Assembly (NCBI RefSeq): GCF_902652985.1
Contig: NC_047028.1
Coordinates: 9,548,001-9,612,000, forward strand
Source of the DNA: Pecten maximus
Lineage: Eukaryota
DNA length: 64,000 nt
Reading direction: 5' to 3'
Below, one piece after another: positions 9,895 to 22,117 of this stretch. A program made the translations under genes and the position numbers. Position 1 is the first letter of the stretch. Every line of letters begins with the position of its first letter. The notes below the pieces were generated by a model. The model worked only from the letters and a program-made list of their open reading frames with translations, had not been told where the DNA came from and did no database searches.

Positions 9895-12075
9895 TCTTCA
9901 GGGGAGAAGAATATATTGTCGAACCAAATACTGATGATCGTCATCTTCTTGAGGGAAACTGTCGAATCGAACACTGATGCCTGTCATCCTCGGAGGGGAA
10001 ACTGTCGAATCAAATACCAATGCCTGTCATCTTCTGGAGAGAAACTGTCGAACCTAACACTGATGCCTGTCATCTTCTGGAGGGGAAACTGTCGAACCAA
10101 ACACTGAAGCCTGTCATCTTATGGCGAGAAACTGTCGAACCTAACACTGATGCCTGTCATCTTCTGGCTAGAAACTGTCGAACCTAACACTGAAGCCTGT
10201 CATCTTCTGGAGAGGAAACTGTCGAACCAAACACCGATTCTGTCATCCTTGGAGGGGGAAACTTTCGAACCAAACACTGAAGCCTGTCATCCTTGGAGGG
10301 GAAACTGTCGAACCAAACACTGATGCCTGTTATCTTCTGGAGGGAAACTGTCGAACCAAACACTGATGTCTGTCATCTTCTGGAGAGGAAACTGTCGAAC
10401 CAAACACTGATGTCTGTCATCCTTGGAGGGGAAACTGTTGAACCAAACACTGATGTCTGTCATCCTCGGAGGGGAAACTGTCGAACCAAACACTGATGCC
10501 TGTCATCCTCGAAGGGGAAACTGTCGAACCAAACACTGATTCTGTCATCCTTGGAGGGGAAATTGTCGAACCAAACACTGATGTCTGTCATCCTTGGAGG
10601 GAAAACTGTCGAACCAAACACTGATTCTGTCATCTTCTGGAGGGGAAACTGTCGAACCAAACACTTATTCTGTCATCCTTCGAGGGGAAACTGTCGACCC
10701 AAACACTGAAGCCTGTCATCCTTGGAGGGGAAACTGTCGAACCTAACACTGATGCCTGTTATCTTCTGGAGGTGAAACTGTCGAACCAAACACTGATGTC
10801 TGTCATCCTTGGAGGGGAAACTGTCGAACCAAACACTGATGTCTGTCATCCTTGGAGGGGAAACTGTCGAACCAAACACTGATGTCTGTCATCCTTGGAG
10901 GGGAAACTGTCGAACCAAACACTGATTCTGTCATCCTTGGAGGGGAAACTGTCGAACCAAACACTGATTCTGTCATCCTTGGAGGGGAAACTGTCGAAAC
11001 AAACACTGATGCCTGTCATCCTTGGAGGGGAAACTGTCGAACCAAACACTGATTCTGTCATCCTTGGAGGGGAAACTGTCGAACCAAACACTGAAGCCTG
11101 TCATCCATGGAGGGGAAACTGTCGAACCAAACACTGATTCTGTCATCCTTGGAGGGGAAACTGTCGAACCAAACACTGATTCTGTCATCCTTGGGGGGGA
11201 AACTGTCGAACCAAACACTGATGTCTGTCATCCTTGGAGGGGAAACTGTCGAACCAAACACTGAAGCCTGTCATCCTCGGAGAGGAAACTGTCGAACCAA
11301 ACACTGATGCCTGTCATCCTTGGAGGGGAAACTGTCGAACCAAACACTGATGCCTGTCATCCTCGGAGGGGAAACTGTCGAACCAAACACTGATGCCTGT
11401 CATCCTCGAAGGGGAAACTGTCGAACCAAAGACTGATTCTGTCATCCTTGGAGGGGAAACTGTCGAACCAAACACTGATGTCTGTCATCTTCTGGAGGGG
11501 AAACTGTCGAACCAAACACTGATGCCTGTCATCCTTGGAGGGGAAACTGTCGAACCAAACACTGATGCCTGTCATCCTTGGAGGGGAAACTGTCGAACCA
11601 AACACTGATGTCTGTCATCCTTGGAGGGGAAACTGTCGAACCAAACACTGATGCCTGTTATCTTCTGGAGGGGAAACTGTCGAACCAAACACTGATTCTG
11701 TCATCCTTCGAGGGGAAACTGTCGACCCAAACACTGATGTCTGTCATCCTTGGAGGGGAAACTGTCGAACCAAACACTGATTCTGTCATCCTTGGAGGGG
11801 AAACTGTCGAACCAAACACTGATGCCTGTCATCCGCGGAGGGGAAACTGTCGAACCAAACACCAGTGCATGTCATCTTCTGGAGAGAAACTGTCGAACCA
11901 AACACTGATGCTGTCATCTTCTGGAGAGAAACTGTCGAACCTAACACTGATGTCTGTCATCTTCTGGAAAGAAACTGTCGAACCTAACACTGATGTCTGT
12001 TATCTTCTGGAAAGAAACTGTCGAATCAAACTCTGATGCCTGTCATCCTCGGAGGGAAACTGTCAAACCAACCAC
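9895..12075. repeat. 42/43-bp minisatellite (~50 copies)
   Basis: Unit ctgtcatccttggaggggaaactgtcgaaccaaacactgatgc. Confidence 0.97.
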
Positions 12076-12080
12076 ATTAT

Positions 12081-12554
12081 CTAAGTGATCTGAAACAGTC
12101 CCCAGGAGCTTGAGTGTCTCGCGTTATAGATATATGATGTGTTTGATAAAACAGGGTAAATTCGATCGCCTTCGTGCAAATACACGAACTCAAAGAACCC
12201 ATGTTCCACGTAAGATTGAGGAGAGGGACTCAATTTGATAGTCTCCTTCAGAAGCGCATCAGGTGAATAATGTTCTGAGGGGCGTTCAAGGTTGATTTGA
12301 TGCTGAATCTCTACCACTTCATCACCACCATGCCGGGGAGATTGTAACGTAAATGTGTTATACAATCCATATGTAGCGTTCTCTGTTATTGTGACAGTTC
12401 CGTCACTCTCGTATTCCCTACCATGTAAGGAATGAGTCCAAATAAGAGATTGATTATGACTTTGATTGAGGGTAAAGTGGACGTTTAATGTTTGTTTCAG
12501 ATGATTCCGGCTCTTCTTCTTTCTCACTTGTGTCTGACGACGTACTCCAAGCAT
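12081..12554 (-). CDS. TNF-superfamily ligand, exon 2 (TNF homology domain)
   Basis: VHFT..LIW..DGTVTI...YGLYNTFT..FVYLHEGDRIY...SSWGLFQI follows the THD strand pattern. Acceptor tccatcttcttcag|ATG. Confidence 0.8.
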   Translation of the reverse strand: MLGVRRQTQVRKKKSRNHLKQTLNVHFTLNQSHNQSLIWTHSLHGREYESDGTVTITENATYGLYNTFTLQSPRHGGDEVVEIQHQINLERPSEHYSPDALLKETIKLSPSPQSYVEHGFFEFVYLHEGDRIYPVLSNTSYIYNARHSSSWGLFQIT

Positions 12555-12597
12555 CTGAAGAAGATGGACAATTTCTAATCTAATTCTGTATCGTTAG

Positions 12598-14060
12598 AAA
12601 CCTAGTGGCAAATATAACACCATATAACATTGTTATATACCTAGTGGCAAATCTAACACCATATAACATTGTTATATACCTAGTGACAAATCTAACACCA
12701 TATAACATTGTTATATACCTAGTGACAAATCTAACACCATATAACATTGTTATATACCTAGTGACAAATCTAACACCATATAACATTGTTATAAACCTAG
12801 TGACAAATCTAACACCATATAACATTGTTATAAACCTAGTGACAAATCTAACACCATATAACATTGTTATATACCTAGTGACAAATCTAACACCATATAA
12901 CATTGTTATAAACCTAGTGACAAATCTAACACCATATAACATTGTACCTATGACAAATCTAACACCATATAACATTGTACCTAGTGACAAATCTAACACC
13001 ATATAACATTGTTATATACCTAGTGACAAATCTAACACCATATAACATTGTAATATACCTAGTGACAAATCTAACACCATATAACATTGTTATATACCTA
13101 GTGACAAATCTAACACCATATAACATTGTTATATACCTAGTGACAAATCTAACACCATATAACATTGTACCTAGTGACAAATCTAACACCATATAACATT
13201 GTTATATACCTAGTGACAAATCTAACACCATATAACATTGTTATAAACCTAGTGACAAATCTAACACCATATAACATTGTACCTATGACAAATCTAACAC
13301 CATATAACATTGTACCTAGTGACAAATCTAACACCATATAACATTGTTATATACCTAGTGACAAATATAACACCATATAACATTGTTATATACCTAGTGA
13401 CAAATCTAACACCATATAACATTGTTATATACCTAGTGACAAACTTAACACCATATAACATTGTTATATACCTAGTGACAAATCTAACACCATATAACAT
13501 TGTACCTAGTGACAAATCTAACACCATATAACATTGTTATATACCTAGTGACAAATTTAACACCATATAACATTGTTATATACCTAGTGAAAAATCTAAC
13601 ACAATATAACATTGTTATATACCTAGTGACAAATCTAACACCATATAACATTGTACCTAGTGAAAAATCTAACACAATATAACATTGTTATATACCTAGT
13701 GACAAATCTAACACCATATAACATTGTTATATACCTAGTGACAAATCTAACACCATATAACATTGTTATATACCTAGTGACAAATCTAACACCATATAAC
13801 ATTGTTATATACCTAGTGACAAATCTAACACCATATAACATTGTACCTAGTGACAAATCTAACACCATATAACATTGTTATATACCTAGTGACAAATCTA
13901 ACACCATATAACATTGTTATATACCTAGTGACAAATCTAACACCATATAACATTGTACCTAGTGACAAATATAACACCATTTAACATTGTACCTAGTGAC
14001 AAATCTAATACCGTATAACATTGTTATATACCTAGTGACAAATCTAACATTGTTATACCT
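12598..14060. repeat. 39-bp (34-bp variant) minisatellite filling the TNF intron
   Basis: Unit cctagtgacaaatctaacaccatataacattgttatata. Confidence 0.97.
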
Positions 14061-14136
14061 ACCGACACATACGAAATGCGTTATTCAGTGGATATAACAA
14101 TGAGAACTTTAATCATTGTTCCAAGTGCATACGTAC

Positions 14137-14460
14137 CAGTTTCAACAATTCAGCAGTGTTCCTCGGCCCAGACAGTAGGTTACATGGTGCTGATCGGTTA
14201 CAAGGCACTTGGACGATGTCGGAACTTGTCGATGAGTAGCTATTATAGTGAGATTCGTTTACTGACTCTCCGTTCTGTTTGAGATGTTTGATAGAGAAAA
14301 GAATCTGCACAAGACACCAAATTTCAAGTACCAGGATGGCTATCGATACGGCAATAGCAACGCAAACACAAAAATGATTGCCACCACGCTTTGATATTCT
14401 AATGCTTTCAGCACTGCCGCCGCGCAAAGGTTCTTGCAGTGATATTTTGATTCGATCCAT
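14137..14460 (-). CDS. TNF-superfamily ligand, exon 1 (cytoplasmic tail, type II TM helix, stalk); spliced product ~265 aa
   Basis: Single TM segment FCVCVAIAVSIAILVLEIWCLVQILF. Donor CTG|gtacgt is phase 0, compatible with exon 2. Confidence 0.8.
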
Positions 14461-14497
14461 AGCTTTTAAAGTTTTAAAACCGTTGTGACGACGGGTG

Positions 14498-14548
14498 TTT
14501 TATACCCGAAATATTTTATCAGTGCACTGGTTCCGGGAAATGACGTGA
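14498..14548 (-). promoter_or_regulatory. Putative TNF proximal promoter: TATA box, STAT/GAS site, CRE-like site
   Basis: TATAAAA (minus, 14504-14498), TTCCGGGAA at 14531-14539, TGACGTGA at 14541-14548. Confidence 0.55.
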
Positions 14549-15294
14549 GTGTATTAATAGTTAAGATTTTTTTTTTAAAAACACGATGCATATCAAGTAT
14601 CTTGTTATATGGATTCTATACTTTACGAGCGCAATTTTAATCAGAAATCATAACGCATTGCTTTATATGTGGAAATAAATTGGACAAGATCAGCGTCATT
14701 AAATTACATAGTCAAGTTGACAATGCCTTGAGAGTAGTCCGTCTAATTCAAACCAGTACATTGCTTCCACTTTCCAGCAATCAAACTGTATAGTGTTGAC
14801 AATGTCAGTTGAGTATGACAGACTGTCTACCGCTGACATTTAATAAACTCTGCATAGACAAAAATGATAGGTAGTACTGTTTACAAATGTGCAGAATTAC
14901 AACTGTCGACTTCAGGTTAACCGTTAATAGTTATACAGCAAAAAAAATTTTTTTATGAATCAACATGTTCTAAGTAGGTCAGTACATGTTTCCTTATATC
15001 AACAGGTAAGATAATTTTATCACTTTATCTTAAATCAATTTTTATTTTATTCCAGATGACATAATTTTGTGAAGTGTTTAGATTAACACAATACATTATA
15101 TTTAAACGTTATACAGATATAGAAAAGGACAACTCATAATTCGGTGGCGTTCGGTTAAAAGGAGTTCTTGGTATAGCGGAAATTTACAGGAGTTTGAGAT
15201 TAGATCAAATCTAACAATAGCAATTTACTGATTATGTAAACTCGGTCACGAGAGAAGTATCACCTAATGCTTGTTGAATACATTTAAAAGGACC

Positions 15295-16135
15295 ATGGCA
15301 GCTTAAAGAACACAAAACTATATTATTTACGATTCGTCCACAAATGACTTTTTCACATTTCAACATTCTTGTATGCAAGATAAACAAAAGCTGAACCGTT
15401 TTTTACAAATTTCAAATTAAGTTTGAATTGGTAGTATTGTTACATTTTCACAGTAACATAGATATTTATACTACACCTTTTCATCAGTATGACCAGCAAT
15501 CCAACTTGGGGGTTTTACCTGTATATTCATGTGATCAATGACATAACGTCGTGTTACTTTATTTGTACTACGTATCAGATCAGCGGTAAAATTAAAAGGG
15601 GAATTCCTATAGTTTTCCGAGAATTTTAAACCAGGAACAACAGTGTTATCTGAATACGATCAGGTCAGAGTATGCCGTCTTATATATAATACGATAAATT
15701 ATAAAGTCGATTTCCAAATCAATTTTGTATTACATGTATTTAACATTGTGTAATCTTAACAGAAAACACATAAATAATATGCTAGAATAATTAAAGTCAG
15801 GAGTCTCATCTCAAAACAGAGTTATCATGTGCTGTCTGGAGTTCTCAGGCTATTATTGTATACAATCACTCCCTATCAATACACTAGTCACGTCAGCTTT
15901 TTGAGGTGTTGAATGCGTTTAGAAGGATCATGGCAGTTTTAAAAGAACACAAAACTATATGATACATCCAACAGTATGTATTATTGATGATTCGTGCACA
16001 AATGACATTTTCACAATTCAACATTCTTGTACACAAAAGCTGAACCGTTTTCCGATATATTTCAAATTCATTTTGAATTGATAGTATTGTTACATTTACA
16101 ATAATACAAATATTTATACTACACAATTTCATCTG
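15295..16135 (+). repeat. Diverged ~200-bp direct duplication (15295-15485 and 15930-16135)
   Basis: Both copies share atggcag..aaagaacacaaaactatat...cattcttgta...aaaagctgaaccgttt...gtattgttacattt. Confidence 0.8.
15598..15623. promoter_or_regulatory. Putative NF-kB + STAT module ~1.1 kb upstream of the TNF gene
   Basis: GGGGAATTCC at 15598-15607 matches GGGRNWYYCC; TTCCGAGAA at 15615-15623. Confidence 0.45.
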
Positions 16136-16189
16136 TATATATAACAATGTACACAAAATGTGTGACCACCATTCAAACTCGTGAAAGAT

Positions 16190-16418
16190 TCCAGGTATAT
16201 ATTAATATATACAATCATCCTGCTATGTATATATTAATACATACAATTATCCTAGCTAGGTATATATTAATATATACAATTCTCCTGCCAGGTATATATT
16301 AATATATACAATTCTCCTGCTAGGTATATATTAATATATACAATTATCCTGCTAGGTATATATTAATATATACAATTATCCTGCTAGGTATATATTAATA
16401 TATACAATTCTCCTGCTA
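16190..16418. repeat. 32-bp minisatellite with an 18-bp palindromic core
   Basis: Unit ctgctaggtatatattaatatatacaattatc, ~7 copies. Confidence 0.92.
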
Positions 16419-17543
16419 AAACAATAATGCTTACCACACGTAATGATAATAAACCTTCTCAAACGTACTCTGTTACAATTAAATCATTTTTATTACAGAA
16501 GTATAATGAATATCAAATCGCGAACCTTACGAAAGCATACAAATCCATATATAGTTGTGACGATGAACATTCGATCAGATCAAAGCGTACAAGTCCTGAG
16601 TAGCAAAACATATATAAGACAACGATGTATTTCTCACAATAAATAAAATACAATTCTTCAACTTTCTTAGAAATGTCTGTGTGTTGGCAGAGAAACATAA
16701 CATTGCTAGTTTGAGCATTAGCTTCCAGTCAAGTATGTAACTCTGTCAATCAATTTTCTGACTGAAGAGATTACTTGACATTACATATGGAGACTACGTA
16801 TAGAAATGAAAAAATTGAAATATTTGTAACTTAATTATGTTAATGTCTGTTCAATTGATAATGTGTTAACAGAAACAAATTAGAACATACTTTGTAGAAC
16901 CTTCGAAAATCTAGTTTTGATATTATTTCAGAAAAAGGTGAACGCTACAATCATTTCCCATCAATCTCAATATTTTGGCCAAGTTTTGTCATGGCCGTCA
17001 ATGTAATGCCCCTTTTATAAGCTTTAAAGACGTCCCTCTGGAGGTTAACTTAAACATGCTTTGCATACATAATAAAATGTGTTTACATCAACAAGTTGGA
17101 ATATTTATAAAATCTACTTAATGTTGTGCCTGTTAAAATTATTGCTGATTATTTGTTTCACAAAATCAGCACTATTTACATAAAATATTGTTTACAAATG
17201 TCAGAAAGTATAAAACATGCCAACAAAAGTTTCCATCAAGATTCTTCACCAATAAAGTACAACTTATAGCTTGTGTTTTTTAATTACATTTCCCCAGACA
17301 TTTCTGATATAACAAAACTTCAATACACTCCTTTCTGAGTCGTTGAAACAAACGACTTCTTGTTTTGTCATTCAAATCATTCATTACGATTACATAGCTA
17401 ACATGGACAGGCTGCCTGACTGAAATCACATTTCAACAAAACCATACGTTGGCTTTCGACCGCCTCTCTCATCAGACCTAAATTAGGTGCTGTTTGACTT
17501 GACCTACATCAAGGCAACACCATTCAAATAAGAAAGAAAACTA

Positions 17544-17702
17544 TGTAACCCTGGTAAACACTAGCCGCAATATACCGCTCACCTAGAGAGATCTTCTAGT
17601 TAGCTCGATCGGTTGAGCGTAAGACTAGTAAGCCAGAGGTCCTGGATTCGATCCCTAGCGGAGGCAGTGATTGGAATTTAATTAATAATGCGCTCTGTTA
17701 CA
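17544..17702 (+). mobile_element. Solo-LTR-like element carrying a tRNA(Thr)-like sequence (Helenus-type TRIM-like)
   Basis: TGTAAC...GTTACA termini; A box TAGCTCGATCGG, ct-AGT-aa loop and B box GATTCGATCCC; flanks acta/actg. Decayed relatives at ~46840-46946 (-) and ~63804-63945 (+). Confidence 0.6.
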
Positions 17703-20700
17703 ACTGGGTTCCAACTCAATTTGACCAAATAGCGATACTTATACATTTCACAATAATTTACTCATCATCTTTTAAGAAGTTACTTTCTTCCAATGATGTA
17801 GAAATCAGAACAAATTAAGAAGATATCTCCCTTCTTATTGTATAATCCATATTGGTTGTATGTAAATATGTTTAAGTTTGTTTACCTGTTTTATGTAAGG
17901 AGAGGACTTATATAGGCTCTGCCTGATGTCCAATCCTATATTGATATAACATCAGTCAATAAAATATGTTGAAAACTGGGTTCCAACTACTCCGTGTCTC
18001 AGCTCTACAAGCTGTAAAATAAGATCTGGACCACACGTCTATTGTAAGGTATTACCACACGTGCTACATGTGATAATAGGGTGATCTATAGCAGTACCAG
18101 CATCTCATCATTTTTTGACATACATATAAAAGCAATGAGTATATTCTAAATTACAATATATTTTACAATATATTTAGGGCGGTGGTTTTTCTTTTGGACA
18201 GACTTTGAAGTCACTTATGGCTTGTTTGTGAAAGTTTAATCAGTGAGGTATAATGTGATTAGTTCTCAAACAAGTGTACTCCGAGGTGAAGAACCCCACA
18301 AAACTCGCTGTCCTTCTACCTAGGGGTAGTTATCATTTCGCCTGGTATGTTTCAAAGTGAGATTTTCTAACATCCGTCAACTTTTTCTGAGGAATCTATA
18401 ACTAAGTTCACTATTCACAATTATACATTGGAGAAAACATAGCCCTTTAAAGAAACAAAAAATCTTGAAAGTCATAGGATCTACGACATCCACGTGAAAT
18501 TCTCGCAAGTGAATAAATGATGTTAAAAATACCTGACATTGTTTTGTTTTCATTGTAATAGTAATCAGTGATACCCTGACGATTGTTTCCTGGCAACTCA
18601 TTACTGTCGTATAGTCAATACACTATAATGATTAACTATCGATTTCCAACATTAAAAAATCACATTTCTCGCGAAATATTAAACATACCATAACTTTCAT
18701 ATGCTTTTCATTGCACATTGTATAGTTATCAATTAAAACAAATTCTGTTTTTGTGAGTAAACATCGTAGATAATATGTCTTTTTTGTGACGTTTTACGCT
18801 TTTATGTCTTTCATTTGTGACGTTTTACAGTTTACAGCAATAATCTCCAATATAGCTTATCTATAATTGATCAAACGTTCTAGTAATGCTGATAATCTAT
18901 TTGGCACTTAAATTCACTTTGACATGTTTTCAATGTTTGTAATTTATGTATTTGAAATTCAATTCTCGCTTTATCTTAATTAAAAACACAGACATTTTTA
19001 CTGAGACCCGACGTTAAAACCATGCTGCAATATGTGACTATAAAAATGTAGTTACCTGACAGCTGACTTTAAGTTTCATCTGCATTTCCTCTCCTAAGTA
19101 AAAGATAGCAGTTTTACCCCGGGTAATGGGGACAAAATTATATTACATTTTTGTTGTAATAAAAACATAAACACCTCTGCCACATTTTGAACCCAGGAGC
19201 TAATTATAAAGAACTATTTCTATGTCCAAGCACTACCACTCAATATGTCTTTAAAATTGATAGTTTTTGTATTAAAAAGTTCTCGGTAAATTCACCTCCA
19301 AGGGAGATAACTCTAAAATAGTTTTTGGTAAATTTTGCAAGATAGCATGATGGGTTTTTTGTGTGTCTTCAATATAAGAACAAAAACTTGTTTGTTTTCA
19401 GGGGTGTAACGTCCTTGTAACAGCCAGGGCCATATGAGGACGAGGAAAATTGAAGTACCATACAAAGTAATCAAACATCATACATATTAACCGAGACATG
19501 AACTAAATGCCTCACAATTCAGAAAAGAAAAAGTCTGGTCAGAAAATTGGTTCATCAATTTGCTACATTTCAGGGTTTGATACATGTGTTGCTATTTAAG
19601 GTAACATAAAAATCAACATATATGAAGCTACGCCTTATTCGTGTGAATACAAAACAATATGTTAGAGCTACAATGTATTGGTGATATATAAAGTTGATAC
19701 AAAACATACATTTGTAACAAAAATTATATTCTTTCTCCATTGAACTTTGATAATTGCAAACTCTGGATAAAATATCACAATTTATAAATGGTTATAGACA
19801 ATTCAACTTATTAATATTTATATTGGCCTGAATGGTTCATCCTCCAAACAGAAACAAGGTCATCCTTACAAAAGTTAATACCCTGACTCCATCATTCATT
19901 TGTATACACTTTTAAACTGCATAAACTTATATATTTCTGACAAATATGTGTATATACTAGTGTTGCGAATCTCTTTAAAAGTTCAAATAGATCATCAAAA
20001 TTTCTCAAATGATCGCTGATTGATAGTTGATAGTTCAGGAAAAGAAAAAGAAAGCATTCACCATAATGGGTTAAATACAGTTAGCGTGCTTAGAAATGTT
20101 TTACTCATTTGAAGGTTAACTTAGGTTTTACTGGTCTGTCACAGTGCTGTAAATATTTATAACTCCCCAAAGTTCTTATGTCATAATTAAACTGTGTTTG
20201 ATCACAGAAAATCATTAACAATTAGTTAAAGTCAGAGGGAAAAAACATTAATCGTCGGTTGAATTAATCAAACAACACTAGTATGTACTATGTCATGACA
20301 GTCATGCATATTAAACTTTCTTTAGAATGTGTCTATGCGATTTCCAGTCCATACTGGTGAATATATAAGGCAAACAATTTTCTTTTCTAGTTTTACAAAC
20401 ACTTACAACAATAATTTGTAATTTTCTTTATATTTCGATCACATAATCAGTTCTCCATTACTGTGTGGTGTGATTTTTGGTGGCCACATTATCCGTCAAT
20501 CAGGATATGAAATTTGAATTGTTATATTTTGCGAGTTTCAAAATTTGGCATTTTGTTTATATGAATTATATAACTCGTCTTTCCCACTTTGTCAGTCTAG
20601 TTCATAAGTTTTAATCAGATTCCAAAATTTACAAAAATTGCAATATTTTAAGCAAAAACAACCAAGAAATCCTCCCACTGATAGAATGGAATCACCCTGT

Positions 20701-22011
20701 ATGCATTTAAAAGTGAAAATATACATTGCAAAACAAATATCAAATTTTGCAAAATCAATCATTCTCAAATTTCACCGATGTTTGTCATTTTTACCACAAA
20801 ATATCACTTTCTGAAAAGTGAGAAGAAAGTACATCTGATATATTAAATGATTTATTCCAATTTCACAAAATCTAAGGCTTTTAACCCAAATATACAGCAA
20901 CCTATTAAAATTAAAATATGCTGTAGGCTGTACTGAAACGTCCATACAATGGAACTGTATTCCAAGTTTGGTTGATGCTTTTTGAAAAATCGGGCTAATA
21001 CAAAACTTAGAAGTCCAGATTCCTAGCATCCCTGATTTCCAGAGTCACTGGGTAATTATTTCTAGATGATATTCCATAAAGGCTGTTTGAGATGTCCACT
21101 ATGTGATCTAACTATACATAAAGTTTGGTTAAAGTTGGACTTTTTGAGAAATGGATGTTTATGATGGCGCTGTCAGTCAGAAAAGTAACAGCGTAGACTT
21201 GTTCGTCGCAGACAAAATGTTGTATTATATTGATTGGGATCACGGACTAGTGTCAATCTGTAAGTGTTGTACAAATTAATGGTTATAATAGCAGACTACC
21301 AGAATTCCATCTGCTGTTGCCAGGCAACGCACAACATTCTTGAGTTATCTACTCTTACTGTGAATCACAATAAAATGCCAACCTAACATGGAACATTTTC
21401 CTCTAATACACAGGTTTTTATTAAGTCTTTGCTGGGTTTTTTTTACTAGGCTTTCTAAAAACCTTTATAAGCAAATGTTATAAATCTATGGCCTAAATGT
21501 TAAAATAATATTCTTCGAAATGTAAATTTGTATAATATTGATAAGGTTTTAAATATACTGACCCAGAAAAGGGAAATATCTACTGACACCCGATAACTGA
21601 ATGGATCATATAACCTCTTGAAGCATATTTGGTCTAATTGAACATGCTGGGTTGCTTTGACAACTAAATTCTCAATAGAATGTGAGAATAAAATATAATA
21701 TATATATACATATATATATCTACATATATAGCAATTCATCCAAAACAAGTCCATTGTATGAAAAAAATTATTTTTATTTTCAAAGTATACAATAGTTCTT
21801 GATTAAAAATTTACATAAAAATATTAGGTATATGTCAACTTTACATTGAGGAGTAGTTTTTTAATACACTGTTTAATCTCCTGTCTAAGGGAGATAATCA
21901 CGCTAAAAATTAACATTCAAGGGGAAATAACTCTTCTACTCTTGACAGTTTAAACCCTGACTCAACGGTAGCAATCTGGCCTGCAGAAAACATGTATAGA
22001 GCACAACATTG

Positions 22012-22117
22012 CTACTATATAGCCACAGATTGGCTACTCAATATAACTACTATATAGCCACAGATTGGCTACTCAATATAACTACTATACAGCCACAGAT
22101 TGGCTACTCAATATAAC
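22012..22117. repeat. 35-bp tandem repeat, 3 copies
   Basis: Unit ctactatatagccacagattggctactcaatataa. Confidence 0.9.

Noticed and set aside
9895-12075. Tandem minimal hammerhead ribozymes (CTGATG...GAAAC..TC in each unit) or a CRISPR array
   Set aside because: The core reads CUGAUGC/U or CUGAAGC rather than CUGANGA, and no helix I can form. There are no unique spacers or cas genes, and the context is eukaryotic.
12580-13872. Repetitive ORFs YLVTNLTPYNIVI / MLYGVRFVTRYIT
   Set aside because: Translation of the 39-bp intronic array, repeatedly broken by 34-bp variants.
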